Shown: positions 18,698-29,552 of the stretch, in pieces
Layout of the letters: every line of letters begins with the position of its first letter
How positions within the stretch are numbered: position 1 is the stretch's first letter
Assembly: GCA_963805855.1 (NCBI GenBank)
Contig: CAWDVW010000002.1
Span: 416,001 to 480,000 of the forward strand
Reading direction: 5' to 3'
Length of the DNA: 64,000 nucleotides
DNA from: Candidatus Dadabacteria bacterium
Lineage (GTDB): Bacteria; Desulfobacterota_D; UBA1144; Nemesobacterales; CSP1-2
Notes under the pieces: generated by a model
What the model saw: only the letters and a program-made list of their open reading frames with translations
The model's database searches: none
Told to the model about the DNA's origin: nothing
Position numbers and translations under genes: made by a program

Positions 18698-18740
18698 GTC
18701 GGTAATTTTATAACGAACGGCCGTCTCGCTTAACCTGGCT

Positions 18741-19430
18741 TTACTTCAGCCTTATCAATTCAAACGCCTTTTTGGCTTCGGATAAAAATGCCTTTACGAA
18801 TTCCGTAGATTTTCGCCCGTTTTTTAGTTCTACACCGGTATGGACGTCAACCCCTGACGGTCTGACCCCCGTAATCGCGCTGTAAACATTATCTGGCTTT
18901 AGCCCCCCCGCTAAAATCAAAGGTTTAGGCGATATCTCAACAAGGGTCCGGCTTATGTCCCAATTATGTGTCTTACCTGTTGCTCCATAGGCGCCCGTAA
19001 GCGGCTCGTATGTATCGGTTAGAAAGGCATCAACATAAGGACTGAAAATTTTCATCTTACCTTCTAGTTCCACCATATTATCATCTTGTACTATCAGGCT
19101 TTTTATAATTAACAGATTTGGCGAGATTCTCCTTAGTTTTGATAGCTCCGGCTCATCGATTTCACCATGGACTTGAACAATATTAGTTCCAACAAACTTG
19201 CAAAGTGCTGAAATATCTGCAGCATCTCTTAGATATGTTATCAAAACCCCGCAAACTGCAGTGGGGAGATTTCGAATAATATTTGCCGTCATGTTCTCGG
19301 AAAGATCTTCTTCATCGGATGAAAGCTTGAGTGGAAATCCTATAAACCTTACACCACACTCGATAAGCATCCTTGTTTCTTCTTCATCAATGACCCCAGC
19401 TATCTGGATATAATCCTTAAAGATTTCCAT
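18741..19430 (-). CDS. trpF: Phosphoribosylanthranilate isomerase-like protein
   Basis: VQVHG, GATGKTHNW, ILAGGLKPDNV, GVDVHTGVE; N-terminal KICG replaced by QIAG. Confidence 0.75.
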   Translation of the reverse strand: MEIFKDYIQIAGVIDEEETRMLIECGVRFIGFPLKLSSDEEDLSENMTANIIRNLPTAVCGVLITYLRDAADISALCKFVGTNIVQVHGEIDEPELSKLRRISPNLLIIKSLIVQDDNMVELEGKMKIFSPYVDAFLTDTYEPLTGAYGATGKTHNWDISRTLVEISPKPLILAGGLKPDNVYSAITGVRPSGVDVHTGVELKNGRKSTEFVKAFLSEAKKAFELIRLK

Positions 19431-19437
19431 ATCACAA

Positions 19438-19923
19438 TCATATTGGCTGCAAACATATAACGGGTAGGAATGCCGCTAACTTTTCAAAGCTGGTCTTCGT
19501 AATTTTCAGATCCGCCCCGAGTATTCTCTTCGAAAGAATTCGAAATGCCTTCGGGTGTTGAAAAGCGTATTTTGAAATCACACTCTCAGCCTCCTCAGAC
19601 GTGATTTGAAACGCTATTGCTTCAAACCTCTTACCTCCGATATTGACGACGACTTCGGGGTTTTTCCGAATATTCATAAACCAGTCAGATTTATCTCCCC
19701 AACCGGACAATACATAATATTCGCCGGATGTTTTGTTATGGTAAAGTACCTCCAATACCACCTGGCGCTTGAGTCCGCTCTTACGTCCTATGTTTGTCAA
19801 CATTAAGAACCGACCGCCAAATAGCCAACCCAATCCGATCTTATAAAGCAGTGTTGGAAAACGAAAGATAAGACTTAATAGACGACTCGGTCTTTTCCTA
19901 TTTTTCTTCCATAGGGTAGACAT
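19438..19923 (-). CDS. Nitroreductase-family deazaflavin (F420)-dependent oxidoreductase
   Basis: P..LY..GLGWL.G.RFL.LT..GRKSG..R, SDWF.NI..NP; start taken at MSTLW. Confidence 0.8.
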   Translation of the reverse strand: MSTLWKKNRKRPSRLLSLIFRFPTLLYKIGLGWLFGGRFLMLTNIGRKSGLKRQVVLEVLYHNKTSGEYYVLSGWGDKSDWFMNIRKNPEVVVNIGGKRFEAIAFQITSEEAESVISKYAFQHPKAFRILSKRILGADLKITKTSFEKLAAFLPVICLQPI

Positions 19924-19936
19924 GATTTTCGGACAC

Positions 19937-20623
19937 CTAAAATTTTTCCAACCACGGACGCAACTCAACTTTGAAAGACCAACTGCTTCGATGCTGCCGA
20001 TGGACCTGAAGGTATGTTTCAGCGATGGCATCGGGATCTAATTTGCTATCTTTCGAGTCACGCCCTATAACACCATCTATAATGAAATGGGCAACATGAA
20101 TGCCCTTAGGCTGTAGCTCTCGAGCCATACTTTCAGCGAGAGCTAACAAACCAAATTTCCCCACGGCAAATGCTGCCGAACTCGGAAACCCTTTAATACT
20201 CGCAGTAGCACCGGTAAAAAAGATGCTACCTTTTCCTCTTGGAATCATGTATTTCGCGGCCTCCCGACCCACGAGAAATCCGCCATAACATGAAAGCTTC
20301 CAGGCATTTATAAACTCATCGGAAGAGATTTTAAGGACTGGCTTTCTAATCCTGAGACTGGCATTGTATACGACGATCCTAATAAGCCCGAGTTCTTTTT
20401 CTGTCCTTGCAAATAACCTTTTGACATCCGATTCGCCAGTCGCATCCGCTTTAATCGCAATCGCTTTTGTACCAAGAGACTGAATCTCACCAACAAGCGG
20501 TAACAACTTTTCCCGGTTTCGAGCAACAAGTGATACCGAGAATCCCGATTTTGCAAAGCGTCTTGCTAAAGACGTTCCGAGCCCGGAACCTACACCAACT
20601 ATGACTACACTTTCATCGTGCAT
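19937..20623 (-). CDS. Short-chain dehydrogenase/reductase
   Basis: GVGSGLG, VYNA, FTGATAS, FxxxKFGL, ELRPW.E.F. Confidence 0.9.
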   Translation of the reverse strand: MHDESVVIVGVGSGLGTSLARRFAKSGFSVSLVARNREKLLPLVGEIQSLGTKAIAIKADATGESDVKRLFARTEKELGLIRIVVYNASLRIRKPVLKISSDEFINAWKLSCYGGFLVGREAAKYMIPRGKGSIFFTGATASIKGFPSSAAFAVGKFGLLALAESMARELQPKGIHVAHFIIDGVIGRDSKDSKLDPDAIAETYLQVHRQHRSSWSFKVELRPWLEKF

Positions 20624-20868
20624 GCTTTGAATCCATATATACGAATTAAAAATGCTTGAACTAAAATCGACACATAAACCTCAACAATCCCCACGCAGGT
20701 TAGAGAAACACCGCAATGCTTTAATCCTTATAAGTCCTTTTCACACTGCTAATATGTCATATCATTCATAGACTTTCAAGCTTATCATGAGAACTGATTA
20801 CTAGAAGTGTCTCTCTTTTTCGAATTCTGAACGCATCCTTACCCCATGGTAATTTCTTCTGTCTTCCG

Positions 20869-20917
20869 GTAGGTCACGAGTCCCTTCGACCATGCTCAGG
20901 GCAGACTTGCGCGTGAC
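20869..20917. repeat. GTAG REP with nested CTTCGAC..GCTCAGG module
   Basis: gtaggtcacgag[tcccttcgaccatgctcagggcaga]cttgcgcgtgac; reverse-orientation counterpart at 59979-60026. Confidence 0.7.
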
Positions 20918-21006
20918 AGAAACGAGTGCATCGGTCATTACACAACTGGACTCGGAATATAAAACTTGTTAGTATTTACCCTGAAGATCTTTAGGAGGAT
21001 AAGCCT

Positions 21007-21519
21007 ATGAAAATTCAATTTGTCAAACTATCATTCATATCAGCCTTATTTGGGGGCTTATTGTTTTTTGGATTAAATATTGAAACCCTAGATACCTTAG
21101 CTTGCGGCAATATAGAGTCATGCGACAAGCTTATAGCACAAATGGATCCGGTGGAATCTGAATCGGTTGAGCCAGAAACCGAATCACTGGATTCCGTCTT
21201 TGAAACGGCGGAGGAAGCCTCAGAACCAATTGGAGACGAAATTGAGCCTACCGAGCCACTAGATGCTGTTTCGGAAACGGCAGGAGAGGCAACTGAGTCA
21301 GTTAATTCATTGACGGAACCTACGGAATCACTCGGATCAGTGTCGGAAACCGATGATGAGGTTTCAGAACCGATAGGCGCGGTATCAGAAACAGCAGACG
21401 AGGCTTCTGAAGACTTACCGTTTGCCCCTGAAGGAGAAGAAACAACCGAACAATTGGGAGCACCCCAAGAACTGCCTCTCGGGGATAGAGAAGCAGAGGG
21501 AAGAGGTATAGGAGAATAA
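21007..21519 (+). CDS. Exported acidic low-complexity repeat protein
   Basis: RBS AGGAGG, hydrophobic N-terminus, repeated EP(T)E.L..V.ET..EA.E units. Confidence 0.7.
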   Translation: MKIQFVKLSFISALFGGLLFFGLNIETLDTLACGNIESCDKLIAQMDPVESESVEPETESLDSVFETAEEASEPIGDEIEPTEPLDAVSETAGEATESVNSLTEPTESLGSVSETDDEVSEPIGAVSETADEASEDLPFAPEGEETTEQLGAPQELPLGDREAEGRGIGE

Positions 21520-21571
21520 TATCGGTCGATTGCTTGTTTGATTCGTGATCTAGAAATTATCACACATGTTG

Positions 21572-22318
21572 TTACCTGGAAGGAAGTCTGTGCCTCCTCT
21601 GCTTGTTTCCAAAATTCTTAATGAATTCGCCGAACACGATGTCGCTCAACTTTTCAAGGCGGTCGATGCGTAAGATAGTCTCGTTCCTTATATTCTGAGG
21701 ATCAATCTTTCCTTTAGTTTTCTCAATCTCCACTTTGTGATGAGGAACCCGTAACCAACGTTCTATCATTTTTTGGTCGACTTCGAGATGAAATTGAAAC
21801 CCGTATACGTTGCCTTTATATCTGAAAGCCTGATTGCTGCATAATGGTGAGCTTGCAAGATGAACCGCCCCATGTGGGATATTAAACGTATCGCCATGCC
21901 ATTGAAATATTCTCTCACTTTTCCCAAAGTAACCGATCAACGGATCCTTTTTCCCATCTTCGGTTGGCGAAACATCGTACCAACCAATTTCTACTTCTCT
22001 GTTCTTCCTGATCTTTGAGCCTAGCGCCTTGGCTATCAACTGCGCTCCAAGACAAATACCCAATACTGGAAGTCCCCTTTTTATGGCTTCTTCTATTACA
22101 TTTATCTCAGTCACTAAATGCTTGTACTGGTCGACCTGATCGACATTCATCGGCCCGCCGAGAATAATGAGACCGCGATAACCGTCAAGGCTTGGCTGTG
22201 AATCGGGAAATCTTCCAAAATTTACGTACTTTATGCGGATTCCGGAACTTCTTAAGAGTGGATCGAGCGTTCCTAGAACCTCATAAGCTACATGCTGAAA
22301 AACCAGAATCTTACTCAT
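21572..22318 (-). CDS. Type 1 glutamine amidotransferase (GMP-synthase-like)
   Basis: LGGPM, LGICLGAQL, FQWHGD, QFHLE; start taken at MSKILVFQH. Confidence 0.9.
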   Translation of the reverse strand: MSKILVFQHVAYEVLGTLDPLLRSSGIRIKYVNFGRFPDSQPSLDGYRGLIILGGPMNVDQVDQYKHLVTEINVIEEAIKRGLPVLGICLGAQLIAKALGSKIRKNREVEIGWYDVSPTEDGKKDPLIGYFGKSERIFQWHGDTFNIPHGAVHLASSPLCSNQAFRYKGNVYGFQFHLEVDQKMIERWLRVPHHKVEIEKTKGKIDPQNIRNETILRIDRLEKLSDIVFGEFIKNFGNKQRRHRLPSR

Positions 22319-22473
22319 GTTCCGAAAACCCCGCTTAGAACCCTGCCGAAAATTGACACAGATTTTACTCAACTTTGATCAACGAATAGAAATAATATTA
22401 TCTTATTCCATGTGAGTCAACATAAAGCAGCAAAGTCACAACAATGAGGGAAGGGTCAAGCGCAATTGCCGTT

Positions 22474-22718
22474 AGCCCTGAGTCCTCCGATCCCGCGCCC
22501 AAGCTCAGGATAGTCGGAATTTGGAGTTTAAATATTGTGATTTGTGTTAAACCGTGAACTCCGAAACGATAGGCGGGGTTTTCCAATCCCGCATGAATGC
22601 TGATTCACCCCAACCCCTTCGCCCTCAGTAAATCGAAGGGGCAAACGACGATGAAGACAAAGACTTGAAACGAATTTTGTCACCCTTCGACTTTGCTAAG
22701 GACAAGGCTCGGGGTGAT
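22474..22718. repeat. Cluster of REP-like palindromes
   Basis: ccctgag...gctcagga, taggcggggttttccaatcccgc, ccccttcg..cgaagggg, gtcacc[cttcgactttgctaaggacaagg]ctcggggtga. Confidence 0.6.
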
Positions 22719-22731
22719 CGGGAATTCCTAT

Positions 22732-25700
22732 TCACACAATACCTTTACCCAAATAAGCCCTAAGCTTGGGTGAAACCCTTCTTTGAACAAGGGTCTTATG
22801 GATATGCCATCTTTCCTCAGCCCCGAACTCTTTCAAAAACCTCAATTCTTTCCCTTCTTTGATTGCCACGGGCTCGCCGTCTCTGTAAAGAATGCGGTTG
22901 TTGAAAAGTGAGGGCACACGCCTGCCCGGCGTTATGATGCCCGTAAGATTGACTGGATCTGCTGCACTGATTGAAATAAGCTCCCCGGTTTTGGGCTGTC
23001 TTCTTATTGCGCGAAGCTTCCCCACCGCCTCGGGCAAAGCGAATTGCTCTCCCCAAACCCCCTCAACAAACCTACCCCCTCTTATTTCACCCCGTGCTTC
23101 AAGTATCCTAAAGACCCTGACCAGGTCTCTCCACGGGGGTACCAGATTCTCACGGTCAACGAGTCTTCTAAAGACAACCCCATACCTCCGTAGTAACGCT
23201 CTGGCTACCACTATCAAGGACTCCCCGTCAGTTTTGATATCATCTTCAGTAGTTGTTCCGTAATGAATCAGAGACCAGCGTCCAGCCTCTTCCATTCCAA
23301 AGCTGATACCCTGTCTCCGTCGCCTGCCCTTACCCGTCCGGTATTTCGACTCTACCAGAAGTGACCTTAGCCCAGAAAAGCTATCGGATGTCAACAATCC
23401 GACTGCAACCAGCTCCGCCAAAGCTACTTCGACCTTTGACCTCAAGAGGCCTGTCTTTGAAACTACATCCTCGAAAAATGATGCCCCCCTGGTTCTTAGA
23501 AGCGCCAAAACCTTCACCGTGTCGTTTGACAGCTTGTCGATGTTCTTGGCGGACGAGAAATTCAGTTTCTTCCAATAATCAAAGTTTGATCTTGTTACAA
23601 AGGTAATGGGACTGCTTTTTACAGGGCTAGGATTCCTATCACCATTCTTTTCAGCAGCTCGATTTCTGAATCTCCCCCATACCATATAGCCCGATAGACA
23701 TAACATATCCAGCCAAAGATGATCATAATCCGTCATACGAGAGGGTAGTAACTCACCCTCCCACGAAGCCGCAGGAGCCTCAAACCCTTCGAGCTGATTC
23801 AGCACTTCCTTCAAAGCCTCCGGCCCCTCGGGCTTTTCATCTGATCCCAGTGCGTGCCACGAAAACAAGAACCGCATAAAGTCTACGGCTGGTACTGGTT
23901 CTATCTCCTTCCTTAGGCTTTTCAACGTGTATTTATGAATTCGCGCTAAAAGCCTCCGCTCACACCATTCAAGATCATCGATGCCAGGGGTAAAATGTCC
24001 TCTGAAGACAAAACCCTCATTCTCCAGCGTAATCAAAGCCATTTCTATCTCCGATACTGGCATCCCCATTGAACTGGAAAGGTCGATGGATCGGATGGGC
24101 CCGAGTGCTTCCAATCTTCCCCTCACAACTTCAACCAGAGCCCTCTCCTTCGAAGTAATGCCCTCTGACAATTTGTCAGGTATTTGCAGCAACGGATCCA
24201 TATCCGAATTCGGAAAGATTAAATTCATCTGCGGGATTCTCTCTACCGCCACCCAGAACTCGTAACCACTCTCCGTACTTAAAACGCAAGCTCTCTTTTC
24301 ATTCTTCAATTCGGTAAAATATTCCTCCCAACCACCGTAACCATCCCCTCTTATCCCTTCTTCAGCAGTCAGAAAACCCGACAAAACCAATGCGTCGTGC
24401 AGCTCATCTGCATTTCCTACCTGTGGCCATGCCTCGTTTTTCACAGCATTTATCGCGTCGGCACTCAATTTGCCCAAATCCGCTGCTTCAACTGGGTCAA
24501 GCCATCTTCGGTTCTGCACAGCATTTGAGCGACGTTCTTCCAGCGGGGCGTCATCCAAGAATGAGTATGGACGAGCGCTTAATATCTGGCCTGCAAGCGG
24601 TGAAGGTTCCTTTAGATCCATTGTTACAAGCTTTCTTTCACCGTTATGTATCGAAGTAAATAGATTCTCAATTTCGTCAATATCCATCGCCTCATAAAGA
24701 CAGTCGTGAATGGTTTGATTCACCAACGGATGATCGGGAATCTCTCTTTCCCCCGTGATGTTTTCTTGACACGCTAATTGATCGGGAAAAACCAGAGCGA
24801 GAAGGTCTTCCGACTGGATCCGCTGGATCGCCGGGGGCACTTTACTTCCTGCTCGACGCCTCAGCACTGCAAGCGCTCTTGATGCATTCCAGCGCCAGCG
24901 TACCCCAAACATAGGAGAGTCAAGAAGTGCCTGGGTTAAAACATGTCGAACAGTGTTAGGGCTTAGATAATAAAAGACCTCATCCAGAGGGAAACTATGA
25001 GTCGCTCCCAGTGATAGAATTATTGAATCTTCTGTTGCAGCCGCCTGAAGCTCAAAATTGAATTTCCTGCAAAATCGCTTTCGAAGGGCCAGTCCCCATG
25101 CGCGGTTGAGCCTGTTCCCGAATGGGGAATGAATGACTAGATGCATCGCTCCAGCCTCATCAAAAAAACGCTCCATGACTAATGTATCTTGTGAAGGCAT
25201 TACTCCGAAAGTAGCCTTCACAGCCGCAAGATAGGTCACCAATTGATCGGCTGCTTCTTGACTCAAGCCGACTGCGGGCACGAGCCAATCGATAGGTTCT
25301 TTTTTCCACTCATCATTTATCGGTCTCTCCGCATTGTCACGGGTATTATTTAACTTATCCAAATCCCCGACACGACCTGAGATTTCTTCCCTAAATCTGG
25401 ACACTGCAAATGAGAGTTCAGCAGTCCTCGCAGGCGCTTCCCCAAACCAGAACGGAATCGTCGGAGGCTGACCCTGTGCATCTTCAACACGCACCTTGCC
25501 CCCCTGGACGCCTAAGATCCTCCACGAGTTATTGCCCAGGAGGAATATATCTCCCGCCACGCTTTCGATCGCGAAGTCCTCATTAACCGTTCCGATAAAT
25601 GTATCCGTCGGTTCGAGAATCACATCGTAATCGAAGTTATCCGGAATGGCCCCACCTGAAACGAGCGCCGTGAGCCGTGCTCCCCGTCGAGCCCTCAGCC

Positions 25701-27141
25701 TCCCATTTACAATGTCACGATGAAGGTACGCACCTCTTCTTCCCCTCTGCGTGGCGTAGCCTTTGGAAAGCATATCAATCACGGCGTCAAACTCTTCACG
25801 CGATAGGTTTCTGAATGGATAAGCACGGCAAACCAGATCAAACAACTCCGATTCTTCGCACTCCCTTGAAGAAACCTCCGCGACGATCTGCTGGGCAAGA
25901 ATATCAAGAGGCTTCTCAGGCATGACTGTGCTGTCCAGCTCCCCACGCCTTATGGCATCCAGAAGGGCCACGCACTCAACCAGCTCATCCAGCGACAGTG
26001 GAAAGAGTCTCCCCTTTGGAATTCCTTTTACGGTGTGACCAGAGCGCCCCACTCGCTGTAATAATATGGCTATAGATCTGGGTGAGCCAATCTGGCATAC
26101 GAGGTCTATCGAGCCAATATCTATCCCAAGCTCTAATGATGAAGTCGCGACCAACGCCCTAAGCGAGCCTGATTTCAACCGCTGTTCCGCATCCAAACGG
26201 ATTTCTTTTGATATGCTTCCGTGATGCGCCGCTACGATCTCGGTGCTAAGCCTCTCCGTTAAATTATGAGTCATCCTTTCAGCTAAGCGCCTTGTATTAA
26301 CAAATATCAGTGTGGTATTGTGCCCATTGATTAGCTCCTCCAGCCTTTCATAAATTTCACCCCAAACCTCATTCGACATTACCGCGTTAAGTGGTGAGGC
26401 AGGAACTTCAATCTTAAGATCTAAATCTCTCTTGTGTCCAGCATCAAGGATGCTGCAATTCAAACCCTCGATATTCTTTGCAGGTCCGTTTCCTATTAAA
26501 AAGCGTGCCACCTTTTCAATCGGCTTTTGGGTCGCCGAGAGTCCTATCCTGATCAGATCCTTTTTAGTTAAAGCATCCAACCTTTCAAGCGATAGTGAAA
26601 GGTGTGACCCGCGCTTATTCCCAAACAGAGCGTGAATCTCGTCAATAATTGCCGTGTCAACATTGGAAAGCATATTTCTTCCATTTTCACTGGTAAGTAG
26701 CAGGTACAGAGATTCCGGCGTGGTCACGAGTATGTGAGGCGGGTGCTTGATCATCGCTGTTCTTTCAGAGGTTGAAGTATCGCCTGTGCGGACCAAAACC
26801 TTTATCGTTATCTCGGGCAAACCTGATTTTTTCAACTCCTCGCCGATCCCTCTGAGTGGCATTTGAAGGTTACGTTCAATATCATTACTGAGTGCTTTAA
26901 GTGGCGAGACATAGACGACCTGTGTTTTCTCCTCGAGTCGCCCTTCGAGACCCTGCTTAACCAGATCATCGATCGTAGATAAGAAAGCGGCAAGCGTTTT
27001 CCCTGAACCTGTAGGAGCCGATATCAGTATATTTCGACGCTTCTGAATCTCAGGCCAGGCCCTAACCTGAATATCGGTAGGCTCCTCAAACGTATTTCTA
27101 AACCAATTTGCAACAGAGGAATGGAATCTTTCTAAAGGCAT
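22732..27141 (-). CDS. lhr: Lhr-like DEAD/DEAH-box ATP-dependent helicase
   Basis: [31 protein letters not shown]-terminal [24 protein letters not shown]. Confidence 0.95.
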   Translation of the reverse strand: MPLERFHSSVANWFRNTFEEPTDIQVRAWPEIQKRRNILISAPTGSGKTLAAFLSTIDDLVKQGLEGRLEEKTQVVYVSPLKALSNDIERNLQMPLRGIGEELKKSGLPEITIKVLVRTGDTSTSERTAMIKHPPHILVTTPESLYLLLTSENGRNMLSNVDTAIIDEIHALFGNKRGSHLSLSLERLDALTKKDLIRIGLSATQKPIEKVARFLIGNGPAKNIEGLNCSILDAGHKRDLDLKIEVPASPLNAVMSNEVWGEIYERLEELINGHNTTLIFVNTRRLAERMTHNLTERLSTEIVAAHHGSISKEIRLDAEQRLKSGSLRALVATSSLELGIDIGSIDLVCQIGSPRSIAILLQRVGRSGHTVKGIPKGRLFPLSLDELVECVALLDAIRRGELDSTVMPEKPLDILAQQIVAEVSSRECEESELFDLVCRAYPFRNLSREEFDAVIDMLSKGYATQRGRRGAYLHRDIVNGRLRARRGARLTALVSGGAIPDNFDYDVILEPTDTFIGTVNEDFAIESVAGDIFLLGNNSWRILGVQGGKVRVEDAQGQPPTIPFWFGEAPARTAELSFAVSRFREEISGRVGDLDKLNNTRDNAERPINDEWKKEPIDWLVPAVGLSQEAADQLVTYLAAVKATFGVMPSQDTLVMERFFDEAGAMHLVIHSPFGNRLNRAWGLALRKRFCRKFNFELQAAATEDSIILSLGATHSFPLDEVFYYLSPNTVRHVLTQALLDSPMFGVRWRWNASRALAVLRRRAGSKVPPAIQRIQSEDLLALVFPDQLACQENITGEREIPDHPLVNQTIHDCLYEAMDIDEIENLFTSIHNGERKLVTMDLKEPSPLAGQILSARPYSFLDDAPLEERRSNAVQNRRWLDPVEAADLGKLSADAINAVKNEAWPQVGNADELHDALVLSGFLTAEEGIRGDGYGGWEEYFTELKNEKRACVLSTESGYEFWVAVERIPQMNLIFPNSDMDPLLQIPDKLSEGITSKERALVEVVRGRLEALGPIRSIDLSSSMGMPVSEIEMALITLENEGFVFRGHFTPGIDDLEWCERRLLARIHKYTLKSLRKEIEPVPAVDFMRFLFSWHALGSDEKPEGPEALKEVLNQLEGFEAPAASWEGELLPSRMTDYDHLWLDMLCLSGYMVWGRFRNRAAEKNGDRNPSPVKSSPITFVTRSNFDYWKKLNFSSAKNIDKLSNDTVKVLALLRTRGASFFEDVVSKTGLLRSKVEVALAELVAVGLLTSDSFSGLRSLLVESKYRTGKGRRRRQGISFGMEEAGRWSLIHYGTTTEDDIKTDGESLIVVARALLRRYGVVFRRLVDRENLVPPWRDLVRVFRILEARGEIRGGRFVEGVWGEQFALPEAVGKLRAIRRQPKTGELISISAADPVNLTGIITPGRRVPSLFNNRILYRDGEPVAIKEGKELRFLKEFGAEERWHIHKTLVQRRVSPKLRAYLGKGIV

Positions 27142-27303
27142 GATATTTCAAATTGTATGATAGATATGTGAATCTTTTCCAACATTATAAATGAATATTT
27201 CTTTTTCGCTTATTATTGAAATCACGGTGCCCAAAATCTGTCCAACATCCTGCCAATTTTTTTGCAGGATTGCCTGTAATGTACCTATACAACATGTCAT
27301 CTC

Positions 27304-27618
27304 TGTAGATGTTAGATATTTCGTGGACAAAAATGCAAAAACTAAAAAAGTTCGCGAAAATATGCTATCCGTCATCCTCGAATGTTTCTATCGGGGATCC
27401 ATAGCTTAATTCTTTTATTTTCTTTGTCTTGATACAAAGAAACAAAAATCAAGGGCTGCAAAAAATTAGGAATTATTAAATCAATTCCTTCAGCTAAAAA
27501 TATTTAATCCAACCGCCACCCCAAATCTTTTTCTAACGCTTCCGGAATTGATTTTGGCAATTTTTTGAATGCCCATTTAAAATCTAAAAAACTGCCCTCG
27601 AATTACTTGACATCTACA
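27304..27618. mobile_element. MITE-like non-autonomous element, copy 1 (TGT...ACA ends)
   Basis: Left TGTAGATGTTAGATATTTCGTGGACA, right ...CGAATTACTTGACATCTACA; collinear homology with 62038-62386. Confidence 0.75.
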
Positions 27619-27657
27619 GAAATGACAACCTTCTCCTGTCGTCCTGATACCAAAGTC

Positions 27658-27941
27658 TGTCATCTCGAACCTTGTCCTGAGCTACCGCGAAGGAGCAGTG
27701 AGAGATCTTGTAGTTAGGTCGGTCAAGGCAAGAGGGAAAGGAAAGATTTCTCCTTGCAGTCGAAATGACACAAGTGGTCGAAATTGCGAGGGACCCAAAA
27801 AGTACCGGAAACCTTCAGGTTTCCATTCCATTTCTTTATGGAGGACTAAAGTCCTCCGCTACATTTATGTCGAAATATAAATATCCTTAACACCCTCTAG
27901 GAAGCCAACCAGTGGGCTCGGGGCAGCCATAGTCGCTCCTA
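27658..27941. repeat. REP-like cluster (GTCAT..ATGAC and GTAG types)
   Basis: gtcatctcgaa..gagagatct...agatttctc..gtcgaaatgac; ggaggactaaagtcctccgctac (reverse complement at 50888-50911). Confidence 0.65.
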
Positions 27942-28143
27942 CTTAAATACTCGAAGTAATAGGAAACCGAGGGCTCCGAAACTCTCGAAGGACATACGCT
28001 TTTATAAAAAGGTAGCTTGCGCCACTTCTCTTATATAATAAAAAATTTGCACATTGATCTTTTTTATGATATTTAAGGATACTGTTCTACCTTCTTTCAA
28101 TTCTTCGAAGTACCGAAAATACAACCTACAGAGAGGTGCCAAA

Positions 28144-29364
28144 ATGTCGGAGCTAAAACGTAGTAAGACTCGGGTCAAGGGCTTCAATGATGCCGAGATG
28201 GACTTTCAGTTAATACGTCAGCTCGGTTCTTCGAGTTACGGTGGGGCATCGGTTGGTGAGTGCTTATCTACCGCCGCTCGCATTGAAGATGGCGATCCCT
28301 CAAGTTGGGTGAGTGAATTTACGAAGCTGGCTGAACATCAGGAAAATGACGCGTTAAAGCGCGCCTCCAGGGGTCATTTTATAAGCGCGCGTGACCAGTT
28401 CCTGAAGGCCGGTAATTCTTACCGGGCGGCTGAGTACTATAGCTATGCCTATGAACCAAAGCACCAGGATCTCGGCATGAAGTCCAGAGATTGTTTTCAG
28501 GAAGCCATGAAGTACGTGGGACATACGTTCGAAAGCATCTTGCTCCCGTACAAAGAGATGCGACTGCCCCTTTATTTCATGGCTCCGGAAAGTGAAGTCA
28601 AAAAGAGAAAGACGCTATTAATTGTGAGTGGGTATGACGGGACAACAGAAGAGGAGTATTTGATGAGAGGAAAGGCAGCCTTAGAGAGGGGTTTTAACGT
28701 AGTCCTATTCGCAGGACCCGGGCAGATGGATACGCTACGTTTTAACCCGGATGCACACTTCGAACCAGATTTTGAGAATCCCGTGAAGGTAATTATAGAC
28801 TTTTGCGCGAAACGTCCCGAAGTGGATCTGCAAAGGTTGGGACTATTGGGGATAAGCTTTGGAGGTTACTTCGCCATACGTGCGACCGCGTTCGAAAATA
28901 GGATCAAGGCGCTCATTGCCAATTCCCCGATCTTGAACCTTCATGACTATATGACCGCTTTCGGCGGAGAAGATTTCGCCAAAATGCCGGAAGAGGAGAA
29001 CTTTCGACTGGAGGATATACCCGACATCCCTGAGAAATTCATGTCAAAGCACGACAAGCTTATGTCAGCAAACTTGATAAAGCGATTCGGGCAACCGACC
29101 TTCAAGGATACCTTTGAATATCTTCGTGAATTCGCCGCTGAAGAAGCCGTAAGCAATATTCAGTGTGCGTGTCTTGCAATGGCAGGAACCGGAGAAGGCA
29201 GTGAGCCCGAAAAGCAGTTCAATTCCTTCTGCGAAAACGTGTCTGGCCCGGTCGAATCCCGCCTTTTCACCGAGCTTGAGGGTGCCGATACCCATTGCCA
29301 GGTTGGCAATGTATCCTTTGCTGCATCCGTCTATCTCGATTGGTTGGATGAGCAATTTGATTGA
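28144..29364 (+). CDS. Alpha/beta hydrolase (FrsA / dihydroxypseudooxynicotine hydrolase-like)
   Basis: GASVGEC, YRAAEYY, GYDGT.EE, GPGQ, GISFGG nucleophile, GADTHCQVGN; ATG after AGAGG. Confidence 0.85.
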   Translation: MSELKRSKTRVKGFNDAEMDFQLIRQLGSSSYGGASVGECLSTAARIEDGDPSSWVSEFTKLAEHQENDALKRASRGHFISARDQFLKAGNSYRAAEYYSYAYEPKHQDLGMKSRDCFQEAMKYVGHTFESILLPYKEMRLPLYFMAPESEVKKRKTLLIVSGYDGTTEEEYLMRGKAALERGFNVVLFAGPGQMDTLRFNPDAHFEPDFENPVKVIIDFCAKRPEVDLQRLGLLGISFGGYFAIRATAFENRIKALIANSPILNLHDYMTAFGGEDFAKMPEEENFRLEDIPDIPEKFMSKHDKLMSANLIKRFGQPTFKDTFEYLREFAAEEAVSNIQCACLAMAGTGEGSEPEKQFNSFCENVSGPVESRLFTELEGADTHCQVGNVSFAASVYLDWLDEQFD

Positions 29365-29410
29365 GCATCTGAAGATTCGGGTTGTTTTTGATCAATAATA
29401 ACGAATAACA

Positions 29411-29534
29411 GGTCAAGCCTTGGACTAACATATTAATTCATCACATCCAACCAAACTCCTGGAGATTCTGTCGTTAAAAATCTTGCCCCATGAAACGTTT
29501 ATCGCTTATAAGAGGTGTTGTCAAAGGCTTGACC
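29411..29534. repeat. Intergenic inverted repeat
   Basis: ggtcaagcctt...aaggcttgacc arms about 100 nt apart. Confidence 0.5.
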
Positions 29535-29552
29535 CATCCTCCACTTTATTCA

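Noticed and set aside
21015-21563. 182-aa Ser-rich antisense ORF
   Set aside because: Shadow of the acidic repeat gene, which has the RBS and signal peptide
27148-27880. Short ORFs 27148-27375, 27191-27409 and 27698-27880 (also 37580-37867 and 22398-22586)
   Set aside because: They overlap MITE or REP sequence and show no protein motifs
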